This document shows, piece after piece, positions 10,133 to 20,799 of a stretch of 64,000 nucleotides of DNA. The position numbers and the translations under genes are program-made. The stretch's first letter is position 1. Each line of letters opens with the position of its first letter. The notes beneath the pieces were generated by a model. It saw only the letters and a program-made list of their open reading frames with translations, did not search any database and was not told the origin of the DNA. The DNA is from an uncultured Holophagales bacterium. GTDB lineage: Bacteria; Acidobacteriota; Thermoanaerobaculia; Multivoradales; UBA5704. The stretch covers positions 744,629-808,628 of the forward strand of contig CAWJGT010000001.1 in NCBI GenBank assembly GCA_963842525.1, in the 5' to 3' direction.

Positions 10133-12625
10133 ATGGCCGAAGCCCTGCCCGCCCCGATCCATGAGCCTGCCGAAGCTCCCGAGCCGCGCCGTCCCTGGCG
10201 CGCCCTCCGGCGGGCCGGCCTGGCCATCCTCCTCCTGCTCGGCATCCTGACGATCGCCCTGGCGGCCGGCACCCTGTGGGTCCGTTCCAGAGTGGAGGCC
10301 AGCCTCCCCCAGCTCGACGGCGAGCGGGCGATCCCCGGCCTGGCGGGGCCGGTGACCATCGACCGGGACGCCCTCGGCGTGCCCACGATCCGGGCTGCAA
10401 ACCGGCAGGATACCGCGCGGGCCCTGGGCTTTCTTCATGGCCAGGAGCGCTTCTTCCAGATGGACCTCCTGCGCCGACAGGCTGCCGGCGAGCTCGCCGA
10501 GCTGTTCGGCCCCGCGGTCGTGGACAACGACCGGCTCAACCGCGTCCACCGGTTTCGCGCGGTGGCCCGCCGGACCATTGCCGGCTCCACAGCCGCGGAG
10601 CGGGCCCTCATCCAGGCCTATGCCGATGGGGTCAACGCCGGCCTCGCAGCCCTGGGAGAAAAACCTTTCGAATACCTCGCAACGCGCACCGAGCCGGCGC
10701 CCTGGAAGCCCGAGGACACGATCCTCGCCTCGTTCGCCATGTTCATCGAGCTGCACGACGAGGACGGCAGCCGCGAATCGGACCTCGGTCTGATGAAGGA
10801 CCTGCTGCCCGCACCACTGTTCCAATTCCTTGCCCCGATCGGAACGGAATGGGATGCGCCGCTCGTCGGCCAGCCGTTCGCCACGCCGCCGATCCCCGGC
10901 GCTGAAATCTTCAACCTGCGGGGCCATCCGTCGCATCTGCCGAAGGCGGCGGCGCTCGATCCGGTCGCCCCCGCTCACCCCGGGTTGACACCCGGGCGGG
11001 CCCTCGGCAGCAACAACTGGGCAGTCGCCGGCGCGCACACGGCCGACGGCCGCGCCCTGGTCGCCAACGACATGCACCTCGGCATCGCGGTGCCCAACAC
11101 CTGGTACCGGGCCTCCCTCGTCCTGCCGGACGGCGCCGGCGGCACAACCCGCATCACCGGCGTGACCCTCCCCGGCACACCCGTGGTCGCGGTGGGAAGC
11201 AACGGCCACGTCGCCTGGGGATTCACCAACAGCTACGGCGACTGGACCGACCTCGTCGTCCTGGAGGTCAATCCCGGGAACTCCGAGGTCTACCGCACGC
11301 CGCAGGGACCACGTCGTTTCGAACGCGCGGTCGAGCACATCCGCGTCAAGGGCGGACCGGACGAGACGCTCGAGGTCCGCGAAACGATCTGGGGACCGGT
11401 GATCGACAAGGACCATCGCGGCCGGCCGCGCGCTTTCGCCTGGACCGCCCACCGTGCCGAGGCGGTCAACCTCGGCCTCCTGGGCCTGGAAACAGCCCGC
11501 ACGGTCGACGAGGCCCTGGCGGTCGCCCACCGCACCGGCATCCCGCCGCAGAACTTCGTGGTGGCCGACGCGACAGGACGGATTGCCTGGACGATCATCG
11601 GCAGGATGCCGCGCCGCATCGGTTTCGACGGCCGGACGCCAATGTCCTGGGCCGACGGCGCGCGCCGCTGGGACGGCTGGCTCGCGCCGGACGAGGTCCC
11701 GCAAATCGTCGATCCGCCCGCCGGCCGGATCTGGACCGCCAATGCCCGTGTGGTCGACGGCGCCATGCTGGAGAAGCTGGGCGACGGCGGCTATGACCTG
11801 GGCGCGCGGGCACGACAGATCCGCGACGACCTGTTCGCCGTCGAAAAGGCCACGCCGCGGGACCTGCTCGCCATCCAGCTCGACGATCGCGCCCTGCTTC
11901 TGGAGCGCTGGCGGACGCTCCTGCTGGACACCGTGACCGCGCGATCCGTGGCCTCGCTCCCCGCGCGCGGCGAGCTGCGGCAGGTCGTCGAAGAGAGCTG
12001 GACCGGCCACGCCTCGACCGGCTCGGCGGGATACCGGATCGTCCGGACCTTCCGGTACCTCGTGGCGGAACGCGCTTTCGACCCGCTCATCGCCCCCTGC
12101 ATGACCGCGGACGACCGGTTCGACGGCCTGTCACGCCAATTCGAAGGGCCGCTCTGGAAGCTGGCCACCGAGCGTCCCACCTGGCTGCTCGACCCACGAT
12201 ACGGGAGCTGGAACGACCTCCTGCTGGAAGCGGCCGATGCGACGGTGGCCGACTTCGCCGGTCAGGAGGGGACCCTGGCCGACCGGACCTGGGGAGAGCG
12301 CAACACCACCCGCATCCGGCACCCGCTCTCCCGCGCCGTCCCCTTCCTCGGCCGCTGGCTCGACGTGCCGCCGCGTCCGCTCCCCGGCGACGAGGACATG
12401 CCGCGCGTCCAGAGCCGCGCCATGGGCGCCAGCGAGCGCCTCGTGGTCTCCCCCGGCCAGGAGGACAAGGGCTTCTTCCACATGCCGGTCGGCCAGAGCG
12501 GCCATCCGCTCTCCCCCCACTACCAGGCCGGCAACAAGGCCTGGGAAGAAGGCCGGCCGACTCCCTTCCTGCCCGGGAAGACCGAGCACACCCTGCGGCT
12601 GGTGCCCATATCGGGCCGGTCCTGA
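10133..12625 (+). CDS. Penicillin acylase family Ntn-hydrolase (peptidase S45)
   Basis: IDRDALGVPTI, GFLHGQERFFQMDLLRR, catalytic GSNNWAV, ANDMHL, GQSGHPLSPHY. Confidence 0.93.
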   Translation: MAEALPAPIHEPAEAPEPRRPWRALRRAGLAILLLLGILTIALAAGTLWVRSRVEASLPQLDGERAIPGLAGPVTIDRDALGVPTIRAANRQDTARALGFLHGQERFFQMDLLRRQAAGELAELFGPAVVDNDRLNRVHRFRAVARRTIAGSTAAERALIQAYADGVNAGLAALGEKPFEYLATRTEPAPWKPEDTILASFAMFIELHDEDGSRESDLGLMKDLLPAPLFQFLAPIGTEWDAPLVGQPFATPPIPGAEIFNLRGHPSHLPKAAALDPVAPAHPGLTPGRALGSNNWAVAGAHTADGRALVANDMHLGIAVPNTWYRASLVLPDGAGGTTRITGVTLPGTPVVAVGSNGHVAWGFTNSYGDWTDLVVLEVNPGNSEVYRTPQGPRRFERAVEHIRVKGGPDETLEVRETIWGPVIDKDHRGRPRAFAWTAHRAEAVNLGLLGLETARTVDEALAVAHRTGIPPQNFVVADATGRIAWTIIGRMPRRIGFDGRTPMSWADGARRWDGWLAPDEVPQIVDPPAGRIWTANARVVDGAMLEKLGDGGYDLGARARQIRDDLFAVEKATPRDLLAIQLDDRALLLERWRTLLLDTVTARSVASLPARGELRQVVEESWTGHASTGSAGYRIVRTFRYLVAERAFDPLIAPCMTADDRFDGLSRQFEGPLWKLATERPTWLLDPRYGSWNDLLLEAADATVADFAGQEGTLADRTWGERNTTRIRHPLSRAVPFLGRWLDVPPRPLPGDEDMPRVQSRAMGASERLVVSPGQEDKGFFHMPVGQSGHPLSPHYQAGNKAWEEGRPTPFLPGKTEHTLRLVPISGRS

Positions 12626-12633
12626 AAAGACCC

Positions 12634-13989
12634 GTGTCAGGCTCCTCCGATCAGCACCCCGCGGTTCGCAACGAGCAGGTGCTCGCGCGCCAGCTCTCGG
12701 CGGCCCAGCAGACGGCGATGGCGCTCGGCGGCGCGATCGGGACGGGCCTGTTTCTCGCCAGCGGCTTGTCGGTCAACGTGGCCGGACCGGCCGTCATCCT
12801 GTCCTATGTGATCGTGGCCGGCATCTCGCTGCTCCTCGGACGCGCGCTGACCGAGATGGCAGTGGCCCATCCAACGGCGGGCGCCTTCGGCGTCTACGCC
12901 GGGATGTACATCTCGCCCTTCGCCGGCTACGCGGTGCGCTCGAGCTATTGGCTGATGGAGGTGATCGCGACCGGCGCGCAGTTGGTCGCCGCATCGATCT
13001 ACATGAGCTACTGGTTTCCGGGGGCGCCCGGGGCCGTCTGGGTGCTCGCGTTCTCCGTTGTGCTCATGTACGTCAACTCGCGCGCGGTCGGCCGCTTGGG
13101 CACGATCGAGTCCTGGCTCGTCCTGATCAAAGTCGTCGCGGTGGCGCTGTTTGTCGGCCTCGCCGTGCTGATCGTGCTCGGCCTGACCGGCAAGCCCGCG
13201 ATCGGCCTCAGGAACCTCACCGGACAGGGCGGCTTCCTGCCCTTCGGCCTCCAAGGGGTCTGGCTCGGCTGCTGTTTCGTCATCTACTCGTTCATCGGCG
13301 TCGAGATCGTCGGCGTCACCTCGGGCGAAGCGACCGACCCGGCCCGCACGATTCCAGCAGCCATGCGCCGCATGGTCCTCGGCCTGTCGGCGATCTACAT
13401 CGTGACCATCGCGCTGCTGGTCGCCCTGACACCGTGGAACCGGCTAGGCATCGGCGAAAGCCCCTTCGTGAGCGTTCTGACGGAGATCGGCATTCCCGGC
13501 GCCGCGGGTCTGATGAACTTTGTCGTGCTGAGCGCCGCGCTCTCGAGCGCGAACGCGAACCTCTACCTGATCACACGGGCACTGTTCTCGCTGGCGCGCG
13601 CCGGCTTCGTCTCCCCGGCGCTCGGCGCCGTGACCGGGCATGGCGCACCGGTCAACGCCTTGCTCGTGTCGGGCATCGGCCTTGGAGGGGCCGTGCTGGT
13701 TCGCGCGCTCTGGCCCGACTCGGCATACGTGTGGTTTTTCGGCGTCGCCCTCTTTGGCGCGCTGTTCGTCTGGCTGATGATCTTCGTGACGCACATCGCC
13801 TATCGCGCGTCCGCCGCCGGAGGCAAGACGGCTCCGCTGGGCTCCTACGCGGGAGCCGCCCTGATCGCCGCGATTCTGGCGTCCACCTGGTGGGTCCCCG
13901 GCCTGCGGTCCACCCTGGTTGCCGGCGGCCCGTGGCTCCTGCTGTTGGCGATCGGCTATCGGTTGTCGGCCGCGCGGCGCGGCCCGTGA
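12634..13989 (+). CDS. Amino acid permease (APC family)
   Basis: ALGGAIGTGLFL, AGPAVILSY, SFIGVEIVG..GEA, NFVVLSAALSSAN; ~12 hydrophobic segments. Confidence 0.92.
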   Translation: MSGSSDQHPAVRNEQVLARQLSAAQQTAMALGGAIGTGLFLASGLSVNVAGPAVILSYVIVAGISLLLGRALTEMAVAHPTAGAFGVYAGMYISPFAGYAVRSSYWLMEVIATGAQLVAASIYMSYWFPGAPGAVWVLAFSVVLMYVNSRAVGRLGTIESWLVLIKVVAVALFVGLAVLIVLGLTGKPAIGLRNLTGQGGFLPFGLQGVWLGCCFVIYSFIGVEIVGVTSGEATDPARTIPAAMRRMVLGLSAIYIVTIALLVALTPWNRLGIGESPFVSVLTEIGIPGAAGLMNFVVLSAALSSANANLYLITRALFSLARAGFVSPALGAVTGHGAPVNALLVSGIGLGGAVLVRALWPDSAYVWFFGVALFGALFVWLMIFVTHIAYRASAAGGKTAPLGSYAGAALIAAILASTWWVPGLRSTLVAGGPWLLLLAIGYRLSAARRGP

Positions 13990-14061
13990 GGCAGCGATAA
14001 CCGGCTGGCCGGCGGACTCGGGATCGATCCTGAGCCGCCGGCCGAAGGGTCAGCCGCGCGC

Positions 14062-17037
14062 CTAGCGCACACCGGCCAGAGAAGCTTTCCAAGCGCTCAG
14101 TGCATCAACGTCCTCAGGCAGCGGAGCGTCCAGGAATTCGAAGTGGCGGCCGTCGAGGAACGAGGCATAGAGCATCCGCGGGTCGAGGCGGCCCGATTCG
14201 TCGCGCAGGTTCGAGCGGTTGCGCAGGACGGTGATCCGCGGCGGGAACAACTCCGTTGCGGCCAGGTCGGGGATGCCTTCGCCGGTGAAGTCCGCCGCGA
14301 CGAGCCCTCGGGGGCCGGCTCCGAGCGCGGCGGTGGCGTCGCGGGTGAGCCCTCCGTTGCCGTCGTTGCGGTAGATCTCGACCCGGTAGGGGGCATTCGA
14401 GTTGGTGACGGCCAGGTCGAGGTCCCGGTCGCCATCGAGATCAGCCAGGGCCAGATCGGCGGGGAAGTTCCCGGCCTGCAAGACCCGCGGGCTGCCGAGC
14501 TGCCCCAGTCCATTGTTGAGGACGACTGCGATCGAGTCTCCGTTGCCGCTGCTGACGATCACGTCGGGCGCTCCGTTGCGGTCCAGGTCGCCGACGGCAA
14601 GGGAGGTCAGGATCTGTCCGCCCAGGCCCGCCGGGACCGTGATGGCTGGAAGGAAGCCCAGGCCGTTGCCGCGCAGCACCGAAATGTTGCTGGACAGGGC
14701 ATTCGCGACCACGAGGTCCGGCTTGCCGTCCAGGTTCACGTCGGCGATTGCGACATCGATCGGGTTTGAGCCGGCGGTATGCGCCCTTATGCTGAAGCCT
14801 CCTCTGCCGTTGTTGCTCAGGACGGCGACATTGTTCGAACGGTGGGTTGAGGTTGGCCGCCGCCAGATCGATATCGCCGTCGCCGTCGAGATCGCCGGCG
14901 GCGAGGGCCACCGGACCGCCCAGGCCGGTGAGATGGCTGGCGGCGACATCGAAGGCTCCCGTGCCGCGGTTGCGCAGGATCGCCACGGAACCGCTGGTGC
15001 TCCGGCAGACGGCCAGATCGACGTCGCCGTCGCCGTCGAAATCCCCGGCCGCCAGGCACGCGGGCCGGCCCGTTACGCCGGGACCGGAGCCCTGTGGAAA
15101 GACGCCGTCACCGCGATTGGTGAAGATCCGCACCGAGTCGGAATTGTTCAAGGCCGCGGCCAGGTCGACGTCGCCGTCGCCGTCGAAATCGGCTGCCTCC
15201 AGGGCGACCGGCGGGCTGCCGGTCAGCACGGTTGCCGGGGACAGGTCCAGGGTGACCGGGCCGCCGGTCAAGGGATCGTCGGCGGCGACGCTGAACAGCA
15301 GCGCAAGCCCCTCGCGGCCGGCCTTCGGGTCCGGCAGGCGGACGAATTCGAAGGCATCCACGTCCGTACCGGGCTGCAGGCCGAGATGTGCCGCCGGCTC
15401 GATGAGCTTCTGCAGGCCGCCCTGGGGAGGCGAGAGGTAGATGGCGCCCGGGTCGAGCCGCTGTCCCGTCGCCGGCTCGCGGAAGGCCGCCTCGTGATCC
15501 GCTGAGAAATACCAATGGTTGCAGGTCCCTGTAGCAGGCAGCACGTCCAGGGAGTCGGCATCGTCATCGCGGCTTTCACCGCTGTCCGGGTTGGGCCCCA
15601 GGCTCACGTGCAGCCCCGCTTCGTCGGTCACCGGATAGATCAGGTACAGCGGCGCCGGCGTGAACGACCCCAGGTTGAGGCCGACGACCTCGTCGTCGCC
15701 GGGGCTCGTCCCGAAGCGTGTGCCGAGCAGGGGGGACAGGCCGGAAGCCGGCACGCTGCCCGGCGGGCCGGCGTAGTGCCCGGCGGGATCGTCGTCGAAC
15801 GAGACCAGCAGGAAATTGGGCCGATGGAGGCATGGAACCCCGCTGGCCGGGAGCGAAGGCAGGCCCGGGCCGAAAGTGCCGGGCTGGAGCGGCACGCCGA
15901 GGTTGTCGTGGCCGTCGAGGTCGAAGAACGCAGGGGTCACGGCATCGCCTTGCCCGCGGCCGACCGGCGCCGCCGAGAGTTTCCGGTGCCATCGGGAGCC
16001 CGCGGAGAGGGATCCACACCGAAAGCCCGTTGGTCATCCTTGATCCCATCGGCGCCGCCGAACGGCAGGGGCGGCCCGATCCACCGGTAGACGTCGCCCG
16101 GATCAAAGCGCTCGTTGCCGTTGCGGGCCGGATCGCTGATCTCGGAGTCCGAGCCGGTATCGAGCGAGAATTCCAGGAAGCCATCGGTCAGAGCCCCGAC
16201 AGGGAAGGGATCCGGAAGCGCCTCCACCCTGAAGCGGATCCGGCCGCTGAAGCCGGCAGACGAGTGATCCTGGTTTTTACAACCCGGGCAGCGGTAGTCA
16301 TAGCCCGGGGAATCGATCGTCGCGCCGGCCTCGGAGCCGACATCGAGGGTGATCACGTCGATCCCGGCGCGGACCACCACCAGGCCGATCTGGTTGACGA
16401 GGCGGTTCCAGCCGCTCAGGCCCGGCGGGTCGGCGATCTCGAATCGGCCCGTGAGCTTCTCGGCCCCGTTGATGGAGAGCCGGCTCTTCCGGGCCAGTAC
16501 AGGGTCCTCGAGGACGTCCTCGTGCTCCGTGGAAGCTCCGGCAAACTGTTCCCAGAAGTAGAAGACGCGCACCCTTGTACCTCGTGGTACGCCTCCGACC
16601 AGCAACCTCAAGCGGGAGCTCAGATTCGAGTAGGCTGCCGTTTCTTTAAAGCCTGCCTCATCGTCACAGAATGTGCTCGCCTGATTCTCCCAGTCGATTT
16701 GCACCTGCCGGGTATTGACGCCATCGACGAACATGGCGCCGTTGAAGCTCCCCGAGCAGAATGCCGGAGGCAAGCCCGCGCGGTTCCGTCTCTCATGGAG
16801 CGCTCCGGCGGCGCAGGTCGCGGCCAGGTCCCTGCCGTATAACGCGGCGAGGAAAGGACTGAAGGCCAACGACCTGCACGTCTCTTCGACGGGGCCTCCG
16901 CCCGGGGTGTTCGCCCATGCTTCCGCCTCGGCATCATAAGTGAGGCTCGAGCCCACGACTACCAGCACCTGAGCCTCGAGGGCCGGCGCGGCGGCGAGCG
17001 CACATAAAACTGCGAGGGTCGGCAGTGCTTTTTGCAT
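14062..17037 (-). CDS. Large secreted FG-GAP/VCBS repeat protein, split by frameshifts near 15950 and 14835
   Basis: Signal peptide MQKALPTLAVLCALAAAPALEAQ (ORF ending 15937); repeats ADFDGDGDVDLA, GDLDGDGDIDL, DVNLDGKPDL, GDLDRNGAPD across ORFs 14441-15940 and 14062-14949. Confidence 0.7.
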
Positions 17038-17525
17038 GAATCCCTCCCCAATGCACCTTTTTTTATAAAGGTATGCGCCGGAGAGGGGTTGTTTCTGCGC
17101 CCTCCGCGGCTGTTTCAACACAGTTGCGACTTAGGTTTCGGACTGGCACGGCTTCGACTGGGCGAGCGCGCGACCATCAGCTTCCCCCTTCCCTGTTTTG
17201 CGGATCGCTTACCTAGGAGTGAAGAAACTGAGGAAAACATTTCGCAGAAGCGGCCCCGGGGGCCGCGAGCATCTCCGTGATCTGCAACTCAGCTCACGTC
17301 AGACCTCCCTTCATGCCGCACTGTCAGCCACTTCGTCAGGGTTGGGGCGGGCTCGCTCCGGGGGCCACCCCGAGCTTGTTGGATGTCGTCAGCCCAGACT
17401 GCGCTAGAGAGCGGCCACCACGACCGGCTGGCCCCACTCCGGCGTTTGCGACACTTTCAGGTGCAGCACGAGCCGCGAGGCGGGCAGCCCGCCGCGAGTA
17501 GCTCGCGCTGTGCCGCCGGTCCGGA

Positions 17526-17736
17526 TTAGTAGTGGTAGCGGAGCTGAGCAAGGAGAACGGAGTCGTCTTGGATTTTGTAGACAATCCTATGCATCGTCGT
17601 TGATGCGGCGCGACCAGTAGCCCTGAAAGGCGTGCTTCAGAGGCTCTGGCTTTCCAATACCGCTGAACGGGTCGCGCTGGATCTCGCGAATGAGGTGATT
17701 GATCCTGGCAACCAACCTGCGGTCGGTCTCCTGCCA
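17526..17736 (-). pseudogene. 5'-truncated, frameshifted copy of the Txe/YoeB toxin gene
   Basis: 17501-17736 aligns closely with 19306-19540; lacks the start and has an extra base near 17594. Confidence 0.85.
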
Positions 17737-17866
17737 GCGCGTTCAGTCTGTCAAGGAGTGTGGGCGTCTCATCCTATGCGGGAGAGGAGGGGGACGCGGG
17801 CGGAGCGATCGAGGGCATGCTATTCTGTCTTACCGAAGGCTTACGCCGGAAGGAGCGGAGTCAACC

Positions 17867-18154
17867 ATGAGCGAAGGAGAGGGCAGACAGTTCTCGGATC
17901 GGACGTATTCGGTCCGGCTCTCGACCAAGGGCAAGCTCGTGGTTCCCAAAGAGGTCCGGCTGCGCCACGGGTGGAGCGAGGGGGTCGAGCTCGTCCTGGA
18001 AGATGAAGGGGATAGGGTCTTGGTGCGTTCGGCCCGGCGGCTTCCAGAGACCACCCTGGAAGACCTCGTCGGTTGCGCTGGCTATCGAGGGCCCGCAAAG
18101 ACCCTGGAGGAGATGGAGGCCGCGATCGCACGGGGAGCCCGGGAACGCCGGTGA
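17867..18154 (+). CDS. AbrB/MazE/SpoVT family antitoxin
   Basis: VRLSTKGKLVVPKEVRLRHGWSEGVEL; directly upstream of a PIN gene. Confidence 0.88.
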   Translation: MSEGEGRQFSDRTYSVRLSTKGKLVVPKEVRLRHGWSEGVELVLEDEGDRVLVRSARRLPETTLEDLVGCAGYRGPAKTLEEMEAAIARGARERR

Positions 18155-18305
18155 TCGCGCTCGACGCCAACAACCTGGTCCGGGTGTTCACGGCGGATGA
18201 TCCGGATCAGCTCGCCGTCGCGCTGGAGACGATGAGAACCCAAAACCTCTGGGTCTGCAAGACCGTTCTCCTCGAGACCGAGTGGGTCCTCCGCTACAGT
18301 TATGA
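18151..18305 (+). pseudogene. vapC: VapC/PIN toxin, truncated after ~50 codons
   Basis: GTG start, IALDANNLVR..D..Q..LLETEWVLRYSY, then unrelated sequence that runs into the convergent HEPN gene. Confidence 0.75.
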
Positions 18306-18440
18306 GCGGCGGGAGAAGTGCCGGGAGAAGTGCCAGCCGAACATCCAGGGCTCTCCAGTGTCGCAATTCGGCGCTGGGCTCGGCAACATCACTCCAGATC
18401 CTGATACCGTGCATCCGGCAGGCGGACGTGCCCCGCTCTG

Positions 18441-18854
18441 TCAATCGACGGTGGCGAACCCCTGGGCTTGAAGAAAGGCTTCGAGGGCGGCGACGAAGCG
18501 CTCTGCGGAGGCCACCGCCCGCTCCGCATCCTCGGCGCTGATGGCCGGGAAGATCGAATAGTCGCCGTTCTCCCGCTCATCTTTGAGCTCACGGAGGATC
18601 GACGCCAGCTCTTCGGGAAGCCGCCCGGTTTTGACGAACCTGAGGCCGAAGAGGCTCTTGAGCCCTTCGTGGCTGCGCGGCTCGTCACCTTCGACGAGAA
18701 GCACTGCTTCGGCAGCATGGAAGACGGCGTAGTACGCGGGCGAGACAGCATCGGCCGGATATCCTGCGGCGAGCACATGCTTCGCTACTGCCAGCTTGTC
18801 CCGCGCCCTGGCGAAGGCTGCCTTTAGGCGCTCTGCGATCTCGTCGGTGGCCAT
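18441..18854 (-). CDS. HEPN domain protein (MNT-HEPN toxin)
   Basis: AVSPAYYAVFHAAEAVL, RSHEGL, ERENGDY. Confidence 0.88.
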   Translation of the reverse strand: MATDEIAERLKAAFARARDKLAVAKHVLAAGYPADAVSPAYYAVFHAAEAVLLVEGDEPRSHEGLKSLFGLRFVKTGRLPEELASILRELKDERENGDYSIFPAISAEDAERAVASAERFVAALEAFLQAQGFATVD

Positions 18855-19176
18855 AGCACCCTCTCGTCGCGCACGTAGTTGCGCCAGAACGGCAGGGAGG
18901 ATCGCCGGAGCCGCTCGAAACGCTCCCGATCCACGATCTTTGTCGAAAGGTCGACGTTGTGTTCGAGCTCGAGCGTGGTCGCCAGCCGATGGATCGCGTC
19001 TCGCGCCTCACCCGAGGCGCTGCGCAGCACCACCATGAGGTCGTAGTCCGATCGCCAGCGCGCCTCGCCGCGGGCCCGGCTCCCGAAAAGCGCCACCTGC
19101 ACGGGCTCGTCCCCAGCCGCTCAGCCAGCGCCTCGGCGAGCTCACGGGCAACATCGAAGGCTATCGCAGTACGCAT
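18824..19176 (-). CDS. Minimal nucleotidyltransferase (MNT) antitoxin; frameshift near 19105
   Basis: ALFGSRARGEARWRSDYDLMVV; N-terminus MRTAIAFDVARELAEALAERLG lies in another frame. Confidence 0.8.
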
Positions 19177-19225
19177 CACGGGCACTAGTCTACCGGACCC
19201 CCCAGAGGTGTGCCAACCGTTCCCC

Positions 19226-19289
19226 AGCCGGCGCCCTTCTTGCCGGACAAGACCGAGCACACCTACGGCTGGTGCCGGGGCCGGGATGA
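19226..19289 (+). repeat. Displaced copy of the 3' end of the penicillin acylase gene
   Basis: CCCTTCTTGCCGGACAAGACCGAGCACACCTACGGCTGGTGCC resembles 12563-12606 CCCTTCCTGCCCGGGAAGACCGAGCACACCCTGCGGCTGGTGCC (PFLPxKTEHTLRLVP); a TGA follows at 19287. Confidence 0.75.
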
Positions 19290-19330
19290 GCTTGCTTCGC
19301 CGACGGCTCGCGCTGTGCCACCGGTCCGGA

Positions 19331-19585
19331 TTAGTAGTGATAACGGAGTTGAGCAATGAGAACTGCGTCGTCTTGGATTTTGTAGACAATCCTGTGCTCG
19401 TCGTTGATGCGGCGCGACCAGTAGCCCTGAAAGGCGTGTTTCAGAGGCTCTGGCTTTCCGATACCGCTGAACGGGTCGCGCTGGATCTCTCGAATGAGAT
19501 GATTGATTCTGGCAACCAACCTGCGGTCGGTCTCCTGCCAATACAAGTAGTCCTCCCAAGCCCGCTCCGAGAAAATGAGCTTCAC
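19331..19585 (-). CDS. yoeB: Txe/YoeB family mRNA interferase toxin
   Basis: [47 protein letters not shown]. Confidence 0.96.
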   Translation of the reverse strand: MKLIFSERAWEDYLYWQETDRRLVARINHLIREIQRDPFSGIGKPEPLKHAFQGYWSRRINDEHRIVYKIQDDAVLIAQLRYHY

Positions 19586-19833
19586 TCGGCGAGGTCTCGT
19601 TCGGTGCCGCCACCACGTTCAAGCTCGGCGATCGCTTCAATCAAACGCCTTGCGTTCTTCGGGCTGCGCAGGAGATAAGCGGTCTCTTCGAGAGACTTGT
19701 AATCCTCAAGCGAGAGCATCACCACAGAGTTTTCGCCACTCCGCGTGATGATGACAGGTTCATGACTCTCGCAAACATGGTCCATGGTTTTCGCCAACTC
19801 GGCACGGGCTTTGGTGTAAGAGATCGAGTCCAT
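19582..19833 (-). CDS. yefM: YefM/Phd antitoxin
   Basis: [50 protein letters not shown]. Confidence 0.96.
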   Translation of the reverse strand: MDSISYTKARAELAKTMDHVCESHEPVIITRSGENSVVMLSLEDYKSLEETAYLLRSPKNARRLIEAIAELERGGGTERDLAE

Positions 19834-19848
19834 TGTGAGCTCCTCAAG

Positions 19849-19887
19849 CGTACAGGAAACTGTACAGGGGCGCGCTCAGCGTGTCAA
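19849..19887 (-). promoter_or_regulatory. sigma70 promoter and YefM-type operator of yefM-yoeB
   Basis: Minus-strand TTGACA (19887-19882), 17-nt spacer, TACAGT (19864-19859); TGTACA at 19861 and CGTACA at 19849, 12 bp apart, the known yefM-yoeB operator hexamer arrangement. Confidence 0.75.
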
Positions 19888-19940
19888 GAAGCAGCGGCGG
19901 CGGCTTGGCTAGTTGCTGCTCGCTACTGGATAATAGAGGG

Positions 19941-20375
19941 ATGGGCAGGTCTCACCAAGCGGTTCTTGACACCCTCCGGGGGCAGCTTGAGCAGCGGCCG
20001 GAGATTCTCGAGGCCTACTGCTTCGGCTCGACGGCGCGGGGCGAGGCGGCGGCTCATAGCGATCTCGACATCGCCGTCTACGTCGACCAAGCGCGCCTGC
20101 CGCCGGCTCCTTTCGGGTATGCCGCCGAGCTCATGGCCGGCTTGATGGCGGGGCTTGGCCTCGATGAAGCCGATGTCGTCGTCCTCAACGACGCTCCACC
20201 GTTGCTCTATCATCGGGTGCTGCGCGACGGCGAGCGGCTGCTGAGCCGCGATCTCGCCGCGACCACGACGCGCGAGGGTCGCGCCCTCTCGCGCTATTGC
20301 GATTACCTGCCGCAGCTACGCAAAATCGACCGTGAGCTTGCAAGGCGCCTGGCCGACGGCAGCTTCGGACGATGA
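19941..20375 (+). CDS. MntA-like nucleotidyltransferase antitoxin (type VII TA)
   Basis: AYCFGSTARG..HSDLDIAV, DVVVLNDAPPLL..VLRDG. Confidence 0.88.
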   Translation: MGRSHQAVLDTLRGQLEQRPEILEAYCFGSTARGEAAAHSDLDIAVYVDQARLPPAPFGYAAELMAGLMAGLGLDEADVVVLNDAPPLLYHRVLRDGERLLSRDLAATTTREGRALSRYCDYLPQLRKIDRELARRLADGSFGR

Positions 20376-20799
20376 CTCCCGGACGGCTCGATGCGGCTAT
20401 CGTCCGGCGCCATCTGTTGGCGCTCGACGAAGCACTGCAGGTTCTCCGCAGCCACCAAGGGCGCAGTGTGGACGATTTGGTCTCCGATCCGGAGGAGCGC
20501 TGGATTGTGGAGCGGGGGCTCCAGATTTCGCCCAGAATGCCCTTGACGTGGCGACCCACATCGCGGCCAGCACCGGCCGCGACGTTCCGGACTACGCCAC
20601 CGCTATCGATCGCCTTGCCGAGATGGGTGTCCTGCCGCGCGAATTCGCCACCCGCTTTCGCGGTGTCGCGGGCTTCCGCAACGTCGTCGTTCATGGTTAC
20701 CTGGATATCGACGTCGCCCTTCTGCACCGCCTGCTCAACGACCATCTCGAGGACTTCACGACGTTTGCGCGGCAAGTCGGATCGTATCTCACCCCATGA
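20372..20799 (+). CDS. HepT-like (DUF86) HEPN RNase toxin; frameshift near 20525
   Basis: IVERGLQI, then QNALDVATHI..GFRNVVVHGYLDID (RxxxxH motif). Confidence 0.85.

Noticed and set aside
17100-17500. Possible ncRNA or riboswitch upstream of the FG-GAP gene
   Set aside because: Only short hairpins; no family consensus recognisable by eye.
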